64,000 nucleotides of DNA from Syntrophorhabdus sp. PtaB.Bin027. Lineage in GTDB: Bacteria; Desulfobacterota; Syntrophorhabdia; Syntrophorhabdales; Syntrophorhabdaceae. The notes under the pieces are model-generated. The model was not told the DNA's origin and did no database searches. It saw only the letters and a list, made by a program, of their open reading frames with translations. The position numbers were made by a program, and so were the translations under genes. Below, piece by piece: positions 32,486 to 41,357 of the stretch; positions within the stretch are counted from its first letter, which is position 1, and every line of letters begins with the position of its first letter. The stretch is taken from NCBI GenBank assembly GCA_002067585.1, contig MVQO01000218.1:3455-67454 (forward strand), written 5' to 3'.

Positions 32486-33193
32486 TTAATCAGCATATTG
32501 TATGGCTTCTTCCACCTTTATCAGGCCTTCATAGACCGCCTTACCAAGTATTGAAGCCCATACTCCAAGATCTCTGAGTTTCTTCACATTGTCAATATGA
32601 GTAACGCCACCACTTGCAATAAGAGGGATGTCTGTCAACTGCATCATCTTTTTCATGCCATCGTAGTCCGGTCCTGCAAGCATACCATCCTTAGCAACAT
32701 TTGTGCAGAGAATTGCCATAATGCCAACCTGCTTCGCCTCATTCAGTATTTCCTGAACATCCCTATTTATGGCGCTCTTCCATCCCCTGACCATAGGTTT
32801 TCCATCGAGCACATCCAGACCAAGAACAATATTGTTGTATGTGGCAAGATTCGCAAAAAAGAGGGCATCTTCAAGGGCCTGCGTTCCAACTATAATGCCA
32901 TTGATGCCTGCAGAGGTATAGTCTCTGATGTCCTCTTCACGCCTTATGCCACCCCCTACCTCCATATAGCCCGGCACTTTCTCGCGAATCTTCAGGATAA
33001 TCTCTGTGTTAACACGATTGCCTGTTCGTGCGCCATCAAGATCTATGATGTGGAAATCCCTGGCACCCCGTTGCACAAGTTCTTCGATCTTGTCAACTGG
33101 ATTTTTACTGTAGACAGTGACTTTCGAAAAATCGCCTTTGACTAAACGGACGCATTCGCCATCTATGAGGTCCATGGCGAACAGAGTCTTCAT
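32486..33193 (-). CDS. hisA: HisA (ProFAR isomerase)
   Basis: AMDLIDGECVRL, HIIDLDGA, EVGGGIR, DGMLAGP, IASGGV. Confidence 0.94.
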   Translation of the reverse strand: MKTLFAMDLIDGECVRLVKGDFSKVTVYSKNPVDKIEELVQRGARDFHIIDLDGARTGNRVNTEIILKIREKVPGYMEVGGGIRREEDIRDYTSAGINGIIVGTQALEDALFFANLATYNNIVLGLDVLDGKPMVRGWKSAINRDVQEILNEAKQVGIMAILCTNVAKDGMLAGPDYDGMKKMMQLTDIPLIASGGVTHIDNVKKLRDLGVWASILGKAVYEGLIKVEEAIQYAD

Positions 33194-33759
33194 CTATAGT
33201 CCTCAAGAATTATATCCAGCCCCCGGCTGATGGCATCCCGGCAAAGTTCTTCAACGGTGAGCCATTTTGCGCCTCTTCTGAGAAACTTTCCTAAATTAAA
33301 TAGATTTTCTGACAAAGCTTCTTGATCCTCATCAAAGGTAAACACTCTTTTCAGCACGTTGTTTTCTATAAGATGCATATGGAAGCCAGCACCAGCAGGT
33401 TTGTCAACACCAAGATTGCCACCTATCCTCTCTTCATATCTATAGATCAGGAGATGGACATAGTTACCGTTGTTTTTATCCTTCCCATACCCTCCGATTC
33501 GTTCTGAAAAACTTTCTCGCAAAATGTTATTGATCGTTGCCTCTGCACCCTTAGGGATATTGCCAACCTTCATATATCTACCACAAACACTACATTTTTT
33601 GATCTCGCCGGGAGAACCGCTCATCTTCTCCACAACAATACCCAGGTCTCCAATAGCATGGACATTATTGGTTCCAGCAAATGACAAGAGAAGAAAAACT
33701 GTCGCGAATATCAGTGGTGCCTTTTCACGGAACATTTTTATTGGTATCATAGGTATCAT
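33190..33759 (-). CDS. Exported hypothetical protein
   Basis: Hydrophobic signal-like segment, CSVC, DEDQEALSENLFNL..KWLT; ATGA overlap with hisA. Confidence 0.75.
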   Translation of the reverse strand: MIPMIPIKMFREKAPLIFATVFLLLSFAGTNNVHAIGDLGIVVEKMSGSPGEIKKCSVCGRYMKVGNIPKGAEATINNILRESFSERIGGYGKDKNNGNYVHLLIYRYEERIGGNLGVDKPAGAGFHMHLIENNVLKRVFTFDEDQEALSENLFNLGKFLRRGAKWLTVEELCRDAISRGLDIILEDYR

Positions 33760-33799
33760 TCTACCTAAAAAAGTATGGAAAGAAAAGGATAAAAAGCCT

Positions 33800-35035
33800 T
33801 CACCTCATTGCATCAATGCAGGTATTGTAAAGCAGAATGAGATTAAGTCCAATCAAAAGACCGGTACTGACATAAGTCACCATGTTCATCCAGTGAGAAT
33901 TCCGGTACTCACCCATAAGTTCTTCATTGTTCACCAGCATGAGCATGAAAATCAGGATCAAGGGCAGAAGCAAGCAATTTATGATTTGACTAAACCACAT
34001 GACCTTTATGAGAGGTATATTTGGAATAAGAATGATTGAAGCTCCTAAGATAACAATGATCGTAAAAATAGTATTAAACTGGGGTGCTTCTTTGAAACGT
34101 TTTCCTGTGCCTGTTTCCCAGCCCATGGCTTCGCATATGTAATATGTGGTGGCAAGGGGCAGAATGCATGCAGAAAAAAGCGAGGCATTTGCAAGCCCTA
34201 TGGCAAATAGAATGTAGGCATACTTGCCAGCAAGTGGTTTTAATGACAGGGCTGCATCTTCAGCTGTGTGTATATGTATGCCTGCTGGAAAAAGAGTGGC
34301 TCCGCATGCGACAATTATAAAAAAGGCCACTACACCCATCATGATGCCTCCTCCTATGACATCAACTTTGGAAGCCCATCTATCCTGTTCATTCAGACCT
34401 TTCTCTACAACACCGGCCTGCAGATAAAACTGCTGCCATGGTGTGATGGAAGTACCTATGATACTTATTATCATGATCAGATAGCCGGAACTCCATTCAA
34501 TGCTCGGAGTGACTGTCTTCTGCATCACTTCCCCCCAGTCAGGTTTCGCGAGAAATGCTGAAATTATGTATGTACTGTATATAAGACAAACACTGAGAAC
34601 GATTTTCTCAAAGATTGAGTAGTTCCATCGCGTCACAAGAAACCAGACGAAAAAAGCTCCGATCGGCACTGATATGTATTTGCTGGCACCGAAGAGCTCC
34701 ATGCTCGCAGCCCACCCCGAGAATTCAGCCATTGTGTTGCCAACGTTCGTAACAAAGAGGGAAAGCATGACCCAGAAGGCCACCCTGATACCACTATTCT
34801 CCCGTATGAGATCTGCCAGACCTTTGCCAGTTACCATTCCCATTCTTGCAGACATCTCCTGATAGACGATCAGGAGAAATACAGTGGGAATCAGGGTCCA
34901 GAGAAGATTGTAACCATACCGTGCTCCTGCTATTGAATAAATCGCAATCCCTCCTGCATCATTGTTGATATTTGACGTGATAATTGCAGGACCCAGAAGA
35001 GAAAGAAGAATTATGAACTTTTTCATTCGTGCCAT
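33800..35035 (-). CDS. Nramp-family divalent metal transporter
   Basis: GPAIITSNINNDAGGI, QEMSARMGMVTGKGL, GTSITPW; many TM segments. Confidence 0.88.
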   Translation of the reverse strand: MARMKKFIILLSLLGPAIITSNINNDAGGIAIYSIAGARYGYNLLWTLIPTVFLLIVYQEMSARMGMVTGKGLADLIRENSGIRVAFWVMLSLFVTNVGNTMAEFSGWAASMELFGASKYISVPIGAFFVWFLVTRWNYSIFEKIVLSVCLIYSTYIISAFLAKPDWGEVMQKTVTPSIEWSSGYLIMIISIIGTSITPWQQFYLQAGVVEKGLNEQDRWASKVDVIGGGIMMGVVAFFIIVACGATLFPAGIHIHTAEDAALSLKPLAGKYAYILFAIGLANASLFSACILPLATTYYICEAMGWETGTGKRFKEAPQFNTIFTIIVILGASIILIPNIPLIKVMWFSQIINCLLLPLILIFMLMLVNNEELMGEYRNSHWMNMVTYVSTGLLIGLNLILLYNTCIDAMR

Positions 35036-35629
35036 ACTACCTTAATTAACACGATATTTTTTTTCGTTCAATTTATTTCAATAAAATGGTTCCATTTTTT
35101 TAAACCATCGTAACTACCTCGGCCCAACAAAGTTATAACTCATATTGGATTTCCCAACATAGCAATTTAGCTCAACTTATAAATCAGCCCTGAAAGAGGT
35201 TTTTATGAAAATTATGAAAACTTTTCTTGATTAAATATCTGATATGTATACAATAAATATTTAAAGCAGTTAAAAGCTAACAGAAGTAATGCAATGGCGG
35301 CAAAATCAAGCTGGCGGCAAAACCATCAGGGAAAATTGCCACTAAACCAGCGGAGAAGAACCAGTCGCGTAAGAGGGAAGCAAGTATACGTGTAGCTTAT
35401 GCAGAATAGTCGTATCAGTTGGCACTGCTTATAGATGTATTGAACCATGCTATCTCATTTTCTGTTCAAAACCAATGAAATTGAGAAATGCATCACATTC
35501 TGGGTCAGAATCGAGGACAAGACCGGTTGCCCTCTTCTGATGAATTTAAGTGAACAAATGAATTGATGTGTGGTATTTTAATAACTAGCTGCAGCACCTG
35601 TAATCAGCACTATTGAAATACAGCCTGTT

Positions 35630-36895
35630 TTGTCAAAGAAAATGATGAAAAGTAACTGCGGACATTACATTTTTTGTTTCATGAAGCCATGGGTGAAAAT
35701 GCTGGTTTTCTGCATTCTTTCCTTTTTTGTCAGTTTTCCCTATGCCCTCGCCATAAACGTAGCGTCTGTTGAAAAATTTTTAGATAACGCTGCCTTTGAC
35801 GCATGGGACCCCAATTCCAACGACCTTCTCTTTTTAAGAAAAGATGAAAAGGGCGTTTTGCAGATTTTCAAAGTTCGAGAAAATTCTATAAATCCTGAAT
35901 CAGACAAGGTATGTATCAGTTGTAATGCTCAACGGGCGGTTGGTTTCAAGCTATCCACAGTTCCTTTAATTCATAAGGGCGCCTCAGACTGGCACCCTTC
36001 CGGCGAGTGGTTCATTACCCAGGGAGAAATTCCGGACAACATTAGCTGGAAACAGGAAAAACGGATACCTGGCGCAAGATTGAATGCAGAGCCGGAAACA
36101 GGATGGTGGAATAATCTTTTTCTCGTCAGTAAAGACGGGAAGATATGGATCGAACTTACCAAATTCACAAATCATGATATCAACAGCGGCATCCTTTCTC
36201 CAACGTTTTCAAAAGATGGAAAAATGATCGCCTGGGCTGAGCGCATTGGAGGCTCCAGACCGTTTGATCAATATCCAAATGGACGCTGGCTCCTTAAGAC
36301 CGCAAAGATCCACGTGAATGGGGAAGATACGAGAATCTACGATATCAAAGTACACCCTCCACAGGATGGTGCTACATTCAAACCTCAGGGGTGGTCGTCA
36401 GATGGAAAACTACTTTTAGCAACAGATATAGGATACGGTGAACTGCCCTATCCTGGTTACAGAGCTGATATTTATGAAGTCAGATTCGATCCAGATGGTA
36501 CCATAAAAAACATGAAAAACCTTACCGGGTCAAAAGACTTCCTTGAGCACTATGCCTCCTATTCGCCGGATGAAAAATTGATTGCTTTCACAACAAACAA
36601 CTTCGACCCACAATATGAGAAACGCATGAACGATGCATGGAAAAAGGACGGACCGCGCTTCAGTCACTTTATCGTGCGAAACCTTTTCACCGATCTCTTT
36701 CTCATGGACCGGGATGGCAAAATTGTCAAGCGCATCACCAACTTTGTTGACCAGGAGTGGAAAGGAACACACCCAATCGTAGCAAAGAACGCATGGAGTA
36801 AAGACGGGAAGACAATCATCCTCGGTCTGGTCCTTCGTTCTAATATAACAGGGAAAAAGGAAGGTGAAATGATTTACAGGATTCGCCTGGAATGA
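35630..36895 (+). CDS. Exported TolB/PD40-like beta-propeller protein
   Basis: Signal-like N-terminus from about 35681; repeats DWHPSGEW, PTFSKDGKMIAW, WSSDGKL, YSPDEKLIAF, WSKDGKTI. Confidence 0.75.
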   Translation: MSKKMMKSNCGHYIFCFMKPWVKMLVFCILSFFVSFPYALAINVASVEKFLDNAAFDAWDPNSNDLLFLRKDEKGVLQIFKVRENSINPESDKVCISCNAQRAVGFKLSTVPLIHKGASDWHPSGEWFITQGEIPDNISWKQEKRIPGARLNAEPETGWWNNLFLVSKDGKIWIELTKFTNHDINSGILSPTFSKDGKMIAWAERIGGSRPFDQYPNGRWLLKTAKIHVNGEDTRIYDIKVHPPQDGATFKPQGWSSDGKLLLATDIGYGELPYPGYRADIYEVRFDPDGTIKNMKNLTGSKDFLEHYASYSPDEKLIAFTTNNFDPQYEKRMNDAWKKDGPRFSHFIVRNLFTDLFLMDRDGKIVKRITNFVDQEWKGTHPIVAKNAWSKDGKTIILGLVLRSNITGKKEGEMIYRIRLE

Positions 36896-36971
36896 GCCTC
36901 TCACCAGAACATCCATCACCTACTACCGATTGTCTGTGGTCTTTAACCTCCAATGGACTGAGAACCTGTGG

Positions 36972-37279
36972 TTAGTCCTGCTCCATCAGGTTGACCTTCT
37001 TCATTCCCAATTGCGCCCCTCCATAAGCACTCTCATCATCTGTGGTGTTCATCCGCCAGCTTCTTTCTCACCGGATATGCGAAAGGGATTTCCTCCTCTT
37101 TGCTGTGATGACGTCGGTCTGCATGACCATGCATGGAGTCCTTAAATGCATTTGTAAGCCCTTCATCAACCAATCATGTTTTTACGATGATGGGAACTTC
37201 CACATCAATAATGGATATCATTTTTTCAATAACACTGTATTCCACTATTCATAGTGCTGCGGATATCATACGGCAACAT
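36972..37279 (-). pseudogene. Degraded hemerythrin-domain gene
   Basis: Manual translation: ..VEYSVIEKMISII..KT*..HGHADRRHHSKEEEIPF..KKLADEHHR, then frameshifted MMRVLMEG. It resembles the hemerythrin EHxxIExM / ADxxHHxKEE.ILF motifs. In-frame TGA at 37174-76. Confidence 0.55.
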
Positions 37280-37321
37280 CTCACGTATGCACTCCCGTTT
37301 ATGCTTTATGATACCAGCCAC

Positions 37322-37606
37322 TTAAACTGCAACCGGCGGTGCTGCCGGGTCATATTTGCTCATAAGAAAAATGGCTTTAGTGGGACATGACAGCATACAG
37401 GCCCCATCACCAATACAGTTTTGCGGCCTCACCGGTTTTGCAACACCATCCACAATGTCGAGAACGTTTGGACCAAGCTTTTTGCAAAGATTAACGCAAT
37501 TCCTGCACCCAAGACACCTCACGCTGTTAATCTCCGGGATATTTCCTTTAATAAATGTACGCCCAAAGGCCTCGGCGGTTTCTGTCTGCACTGTTTTTCC
37601 TGGCAT
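37322..37606 (-). CDS. 2x[4Fe-4S] ferredoxin-like protein
   Basis: CLGCRNCVNLC and CIGDGACMLSCP; AAAGGAGG RBS. Confidence 0.85.
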   Translation of the reverse strand: MPGKTVQTETAEAFGRTFIKGNIPEINSVRCLGCRNCVNLCKKLGPNVLDIVDGVAKPVRPQNCIGDGACMLSCPTKAIFLMSKYDPAAPPVAV

Positions 37607-37689
37607 GGTATAATCCTCCTTTTATTTCATATTTCTTAGTGTAATCTGCCAGCCCGGTTATGCCCACAACAGCAGGTTCAGCATCCACA

Positions 37690-37810
37690 ACCTGAGCGAC
37701 GTGATGGGAGTGATCAGTTCTCTTCACAACGTCTGAGGCAATGCCTCCCATGAACTGCTTACCCATACCAGACCCTCCATAAGACACAATTGTCCATTTA
37801 TCTTCAAGGT
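37690..37810 (-). pseudogene. Possible C-terminal remnant of a third universal stress protein gene
   Basis: IVSYGGSGMGKQFMGGIASDVVKRT resembles the USP G-2x-G-9x-G(S/N) segment of the two upstream paralogs (IVISPHGRSAIKAFFMGNVASRVLKH). Confidence 0.35.
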
Positions 37811-37830
37811 GGAAAGGAAATCCTCAACAC

Positions 37831-38277
37831 TCATTTCACAAGTAGTGTCTCACACTTCGCGCCTTTTAGAACATTCGAGCTTACACTCCCGAGGAAGTAT
37901 TTTGCAATGGCTGATCTTCCGCGGGACGCAATGACGATGAGATCAACTCCATTCTGCTCCTGAAATTTTAGGATTTCCTCGTAGGGAATCCCCTGCACCA
38001 CTTCAGCTGAAGTCTTTACCTCCCCAGACAGAGGAAACTTGGTCTGTATCTGATGGAGGCTATTTTTTGCGTTTTCCATTACGCGTTTCTCCATTTTTGT
38101 AACTTCATCTTCAGTCAAGCAATAATCGACCGTGCACGCCTGGATGTCCTGGTCGATAACATGGAGGAGAACAACTTCAGAGTCGTTCTGTTTTGCAACA
38201 TCGAGTGCCCGTTCAAATGCTCTGTTTGAGTGCTCTGAAAAATCAGTAGGTACTAAAATTTTTTTTGGCTTCACCAT
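37831..38277 (-). CDS. Universal stress protein
   Basis: KKILVPTDFS..DLIVIASRGRS..LGSVS; start reassigned to ATG 38277 (AGGAGG RBS). Confidence 0.93.
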   Translation of the reverse strand: MVKPKKILVPTDFSEHSNRAFERALDVAKQNDSEVVLLHVIDQDIQACTVDYCLTEDEVTKMEKRVMENAKNSLHQIQTKFPLSGEVKTSAEVVQGIPYEEILKFQEQNGVDLIVIASRGRSAIAKYFLGSVSSNVLKGAKCETLLVK

Positions 38278-38329
38278 GAAATACCTCCTTGTTCTACCCG
38301 GTAATCTTCTTCTGAAATATCCCTGTTTT

Positions 38330-38776
38330 TCACTTAACCAATAGCACCTCACCCTTTGCGTGTTTCAGTACCCTGCTCGCCACATTTCCCATGAAGAAAG
38401 CCTTAATTGCCGAACGTCCGTGCGGAGATATGACAATAAGATCAGCACCTTTCTCTTCCTGTAGCTTTATAATCTCTTCGTAGGGAATTCCATTTCTTGC
38501 TTCGATGGAAACCTTTACCTCTTTGGATGATGGGAATTTGTCCAGTTGTTTTTGCATGTTTTCGGATGCCGCCTGAAACACCCTTTTTTTGAAAGCGTCA
38601 ATTTCATCCGCTGTAAAGCAATAGTCAACAACACAGGTCTGAAAATCTTCGTGTATTACATGAAAAAGAATAATCTCGGAGCCCTCTTCTTTGGCAATAT
38701 CGATCGCCTTCTCAAGTGCCCTATCTGCATGATCTGAGAAATCTGTTGGTACAAGTATTTTTTTAGGCTTAAACAT
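38330..38776 (-). CDS. Universal stress protein (tandem paralog)
   Basis: KKILVPTDFS..ADLIVISPHGRS..MGNVA; shares the CxVDYC motif with its neighbour. Confidence 0.93.
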   Translation of the reverse strand: MFKPKKILVPTDFSDHADRALEKAIDIAKEEGSEIILFHVIHEDFQTCVVDYCFTADEIDAFKKRVFQAASENMQKQLDKFPSSKEVKVSIEARNGIPYEEIIKLQEEKGADLIVISPHGRSAIKAFFMGNVASRVLKHAKGEVLLVK

Positions 38777-39704
38777 TGTACACCTCCTTGATGTAGTTGG
38801 ACTGCATTACCGCTGTTTTTTTTAACCTTGCATGACCCCTGATGTCAATAGTGGACTCCAAGAGAGGCAGAAACATACGTGCAGACGTTCCTTCCTCTTT
38901 TCTGCTTATTATTTTAAAGCAGCCTTTGTGGGCCTGCACAATTTGATTGACAAGTGTAAGGCCAAGCCCGTGACCAGTCCCTGTTGGTTTTGTTGTAAAG
39001 AAAGATTCAAAGATATGCGATTTCAGTTGGGGGTCTATCCCCTTGCCAGTGTCAACAACACTGAGTAATGCACATTCGACAATTTTATGTTGAGCTGAAT
39101 CAGGACTGTTCATTCTCACCTTTACCTTCCGCGTGACCAGAGCAATGGTTCCACCGAAAGGAAGGGCGTCCCTTCCATTCAAGATCAACTCTCCAACAGC
39201 CTGTTTTATAAATCTCATATCCCCCTTCATTGGCAAAGAATCTTCAGCTATATCAACTTGGATTGTAATATCATCTCGCATAATTGGAGAGATAAAAGGA
39301 ACGATACCCCTGAGAATGTCATTGAGATCAAAGTCTTCCATTTTCATGGGCATCTTTCCATTGAGAATCATGAGCGTGTAAACAAGATTTACACCACGGG
39401 CATGCGAATCCTGAATGCGACCGAGGTAAAACTGTTCCAGCGCCTTTTTTTCTATTTCTTCTTCAAGAACTGCCCCGTGCTGCATTACTGATTTGAAAGG
39501 CCCGACAGCTGGCAAAACCACCTGTTCAACAGCTCTTGATGTCTTTGGATCGCTGCTGAAACCATTTCTTTCATCCTGTTTTTTAGTCTGGATAATTCCT
39601 GCTCTATTCCACAGGCTGGCTAACGCCCAGTCAATAGAAACATTTGCATTGATAGAAACCACACGATGCCCCGTGCTGATTTCACTCCAAAAGCCTTTGG
39701 ACAT
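38769..39704 (-). CDS. Histidine-kinase-like ATPase protein lacking a recognisable H-box
   Basis: N box ELILNGRDA, G1 DTGKGI, F IFESFFTTK and G2 GHGLGL are intact; no HDFNN/HE.NNP motif. Confidence 0.8.
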   Translation of the reverse strand: MSKGFWSEISTGHRVVSINANVSIDWALASLWNRAGIIQTKKQDERNGFSSDPKTSRAVEQVVLPAVGPFKSVMQHGAVLEEEIEKKALEQFYLGRIQDSHARGVNLVYTLMILNGKMPMKMEDFDLNDILRGIVPFISPIMRDDITIQVDIAEDSLPMKGDMRFIKQAVGELILNGRDALPFGGTIALVTRKVKVRMNSPDSAQHKIVECALLSVVDTGKGIDPQLKSHIFESFFTTKPTGTGHGLGLTLVNQIVQAHKGCFKIISRKEEGTSARMFLPLLESTIDIRGHARLKKTAVMQSNYIKEVYNV

Positions 39705-39746
39705 GATTGCCTCCCCAAACTTAAGATTGACCTTGGTCTTTCTTTT

Positions 39747-39761
39747 TCAAGAATCGCGCCA
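39747..39761 (-). promoter_or_regulatory. Probable sigma-54 promoter (non-consensus -12)
   Basis: Minus strand TGGCGC-GATTC-TTGA; correct spacing but GA in place of GC. Confidence 0.5.
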
Positions 39762-39855
39762 CTCATGTGAGGTAGTTGAATTATTTTTTATTCCCCTGAT
39801 TACAGTGAGTTAGCATTTGTGGAATTGAGATTTGAAACATAATAACAGGAGAGTT

Positions 39856-39892
39856 GTCCTGAAAAACGAGACTAAGTCCTGCAGGACAAGAC
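39856..39892 (-). promoter_or_regulatory. Tandem 17-bp enhancer-like repeats
   Basis: GTCCTGAAAAACGAGAC (39856-72) and GTCCTGCAGGACAAGAC (39876-92); 20-bp period, just downstream of the activator gene. Confidence 0.55.
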
Positions 39893-39929
39893 ATGAACGC
39901 CACCGGGCCCTTTTTCAGCTAATATCTAT

Positions 39930-41345
39930 TTAAGGTTTCACCTTAATGAGTCTATGCTTTTTGAGTAGAGCATAAAGACGTGAACGTGACAATCCTGAAA
40001 TCCGACAGATCTCCTTGACATTGTTCTTCGTTCGGGCAATCAGTTCCACCAGATATTGCCGTTCAGCCTCATCGATGATATCCCCCCTGAATGAACTCAA
40101 CGTGGTAAATTCCTCGATCTTCCCTCCACCCGGAAGAACAGGCTCGACTGGTTTTTTCGTTTCTTTCAGGGCAGCATGGGCCAGCTTCACACGCAGGTAA
40201 GTCGGTAGATGTTTCGGATAAAGGGTCGGCTCATGGAGAGCACTGCAAACTGCAGTATCCATGGCATTGGCAAATTCTCTGACATTTCCTAACCATTCAT
40301 ACCCAGTAAGCGCGTCAAAGAATTCTGGTGTAACGCCTTTCATCGCAACCCCGTATCCTTCGCAGAACTTTCTAAGATAGTGTATCGTCAGCTCCTTGAT
40401 ATCTTCCTTTCTTTCTCGCAAGGGGGGAAGCTCTATTGTAAGAGCCTGAATTCTGAACAGGAGATCGGTTCTGAACTGACCGTTGGCAACCATCCTGTCA
40501 AGCTTTCTGTTGGTGGCTGCAATGAGCCTGAAATCGCTTTGTTCTTCCCCGCTGGAGCCGATAGGGCGAAACCTGTGTTCCTGCAAGACCCTCAAAAAAG
40601 ACTTTTGAATCAGAGGGGGTAACTCTCCAATCTCATCAAGAAAAAGCGTTCCCCTGTGCGCCAGCTTGATAAGGCCCTCCCGCGAACGATCCGCGCCTGT
40701 AAAAGCTCCTTTTTCATGGCCAAAAAGCGTGCTTTCAACGAGATTATCTGGCATGGCAGCACAATCCACCACGATGAAGCTTTTGTCTGCCCTTTGGCTG
40801 TTATCATGTATGGCACGAGCAAACAGTTCTTTTCCAGTTCCTGTCTCACCGGTTATAAGTACATTGATATCGCTCTGTGCTGCCTGGGCAACGAGATCAA
40901 AGCACGCCCTCAGTGAGGGGCTATTACCTATTATGTTGTCCTTTTTGAGGAGAACCGGTGGTTTTGTGGCAAGTCCCTTCTTCTCCCGGTACTGAATTGC
41001 CCGTGTCAGGACCAGCCTCATGGAGCTGAGGGAACAGGGTTTTTGGATAAAGTCCCACACACCGCTTTTCATGGCAAGCTCAGCACTGTCAGAATCTCCG
41101 TGTCCTGTGATAATGATGACCTCTGGCACAGAACTCATGTCCTTGATAAGGGGAAGAATATCCAGGCCATTCCCATCCGGGAGTCTAACATCCAAAAAAA
41201 TCACATCATAATCGTTAGCGAGGATCTTTTGCCGTGCATCTTTTAATGTAAATGATGATTCAGGGCGATGGCTCATCCTTGTCACCATTTCAACAAGCAT
41301 ATCAGACACATCACTGTCGTCATCGATGATCAGTATATCTGCCAT
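39930..41345 (-). CDS. sigma-54-dependent response regulator
   Basis: REC domain, GETGTGKE, GAFTGA, WLGNVRE, HTH. Confidence 0.95.
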   Translation of the reverse strand: MADILIIDDDSDVSDMLVEMVTRMSHRPESSFTLKDARQKILANDYDVIFLDVRLPDGNGLDILPLIKDMSSVPEVIIITGHGDSDSAELAMKSGVWDFIQKPCSLSSMRLVLTRAIQYREKKGLATKPPVLLKKDNIIGNSPSLRACFDLVAQAAQSDINVLITGETGTGKELFARAIHDNSQRADKSFIVVDCAAMPDNLVESTLFGHEKGAFTGADRSREGLIKLAHRGTLFLDEIGELPPLIQKSFLRVLQEHRFRPIGSSGEEQSDFRLIAATNRKLDRMVANGQFRTDLLFRIQALTIELPPLRERKEDIKELTIHYLRKFCEGYGVAMKGVTPEFFDALTGYEWLGNVREFANAMDTAVCSALHEPTLYPKHLPTYLRVKLAHAALKETKKPVEPVLPGGGKIEEFTTLSSFRGDIIDEAERQYLVELIARTKNNVKEICRISGLSRSRLYALLKKHRLIKVKP

Positions 41346-41357
41346 GGGCCACCCATA

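Noticed and set aside
35036-35300. Mn/Mg riboswitch upstream of the Nramp gene
   Set aside because: No yybP-ykoY or M-box consensus recognised; the region is simply AT-rich.
35417-35436. TGGCAC half of a sigma-54 promoter (also near 47283)
   Set aside because: No TTGC at the -12 position with 12-nt spacing.
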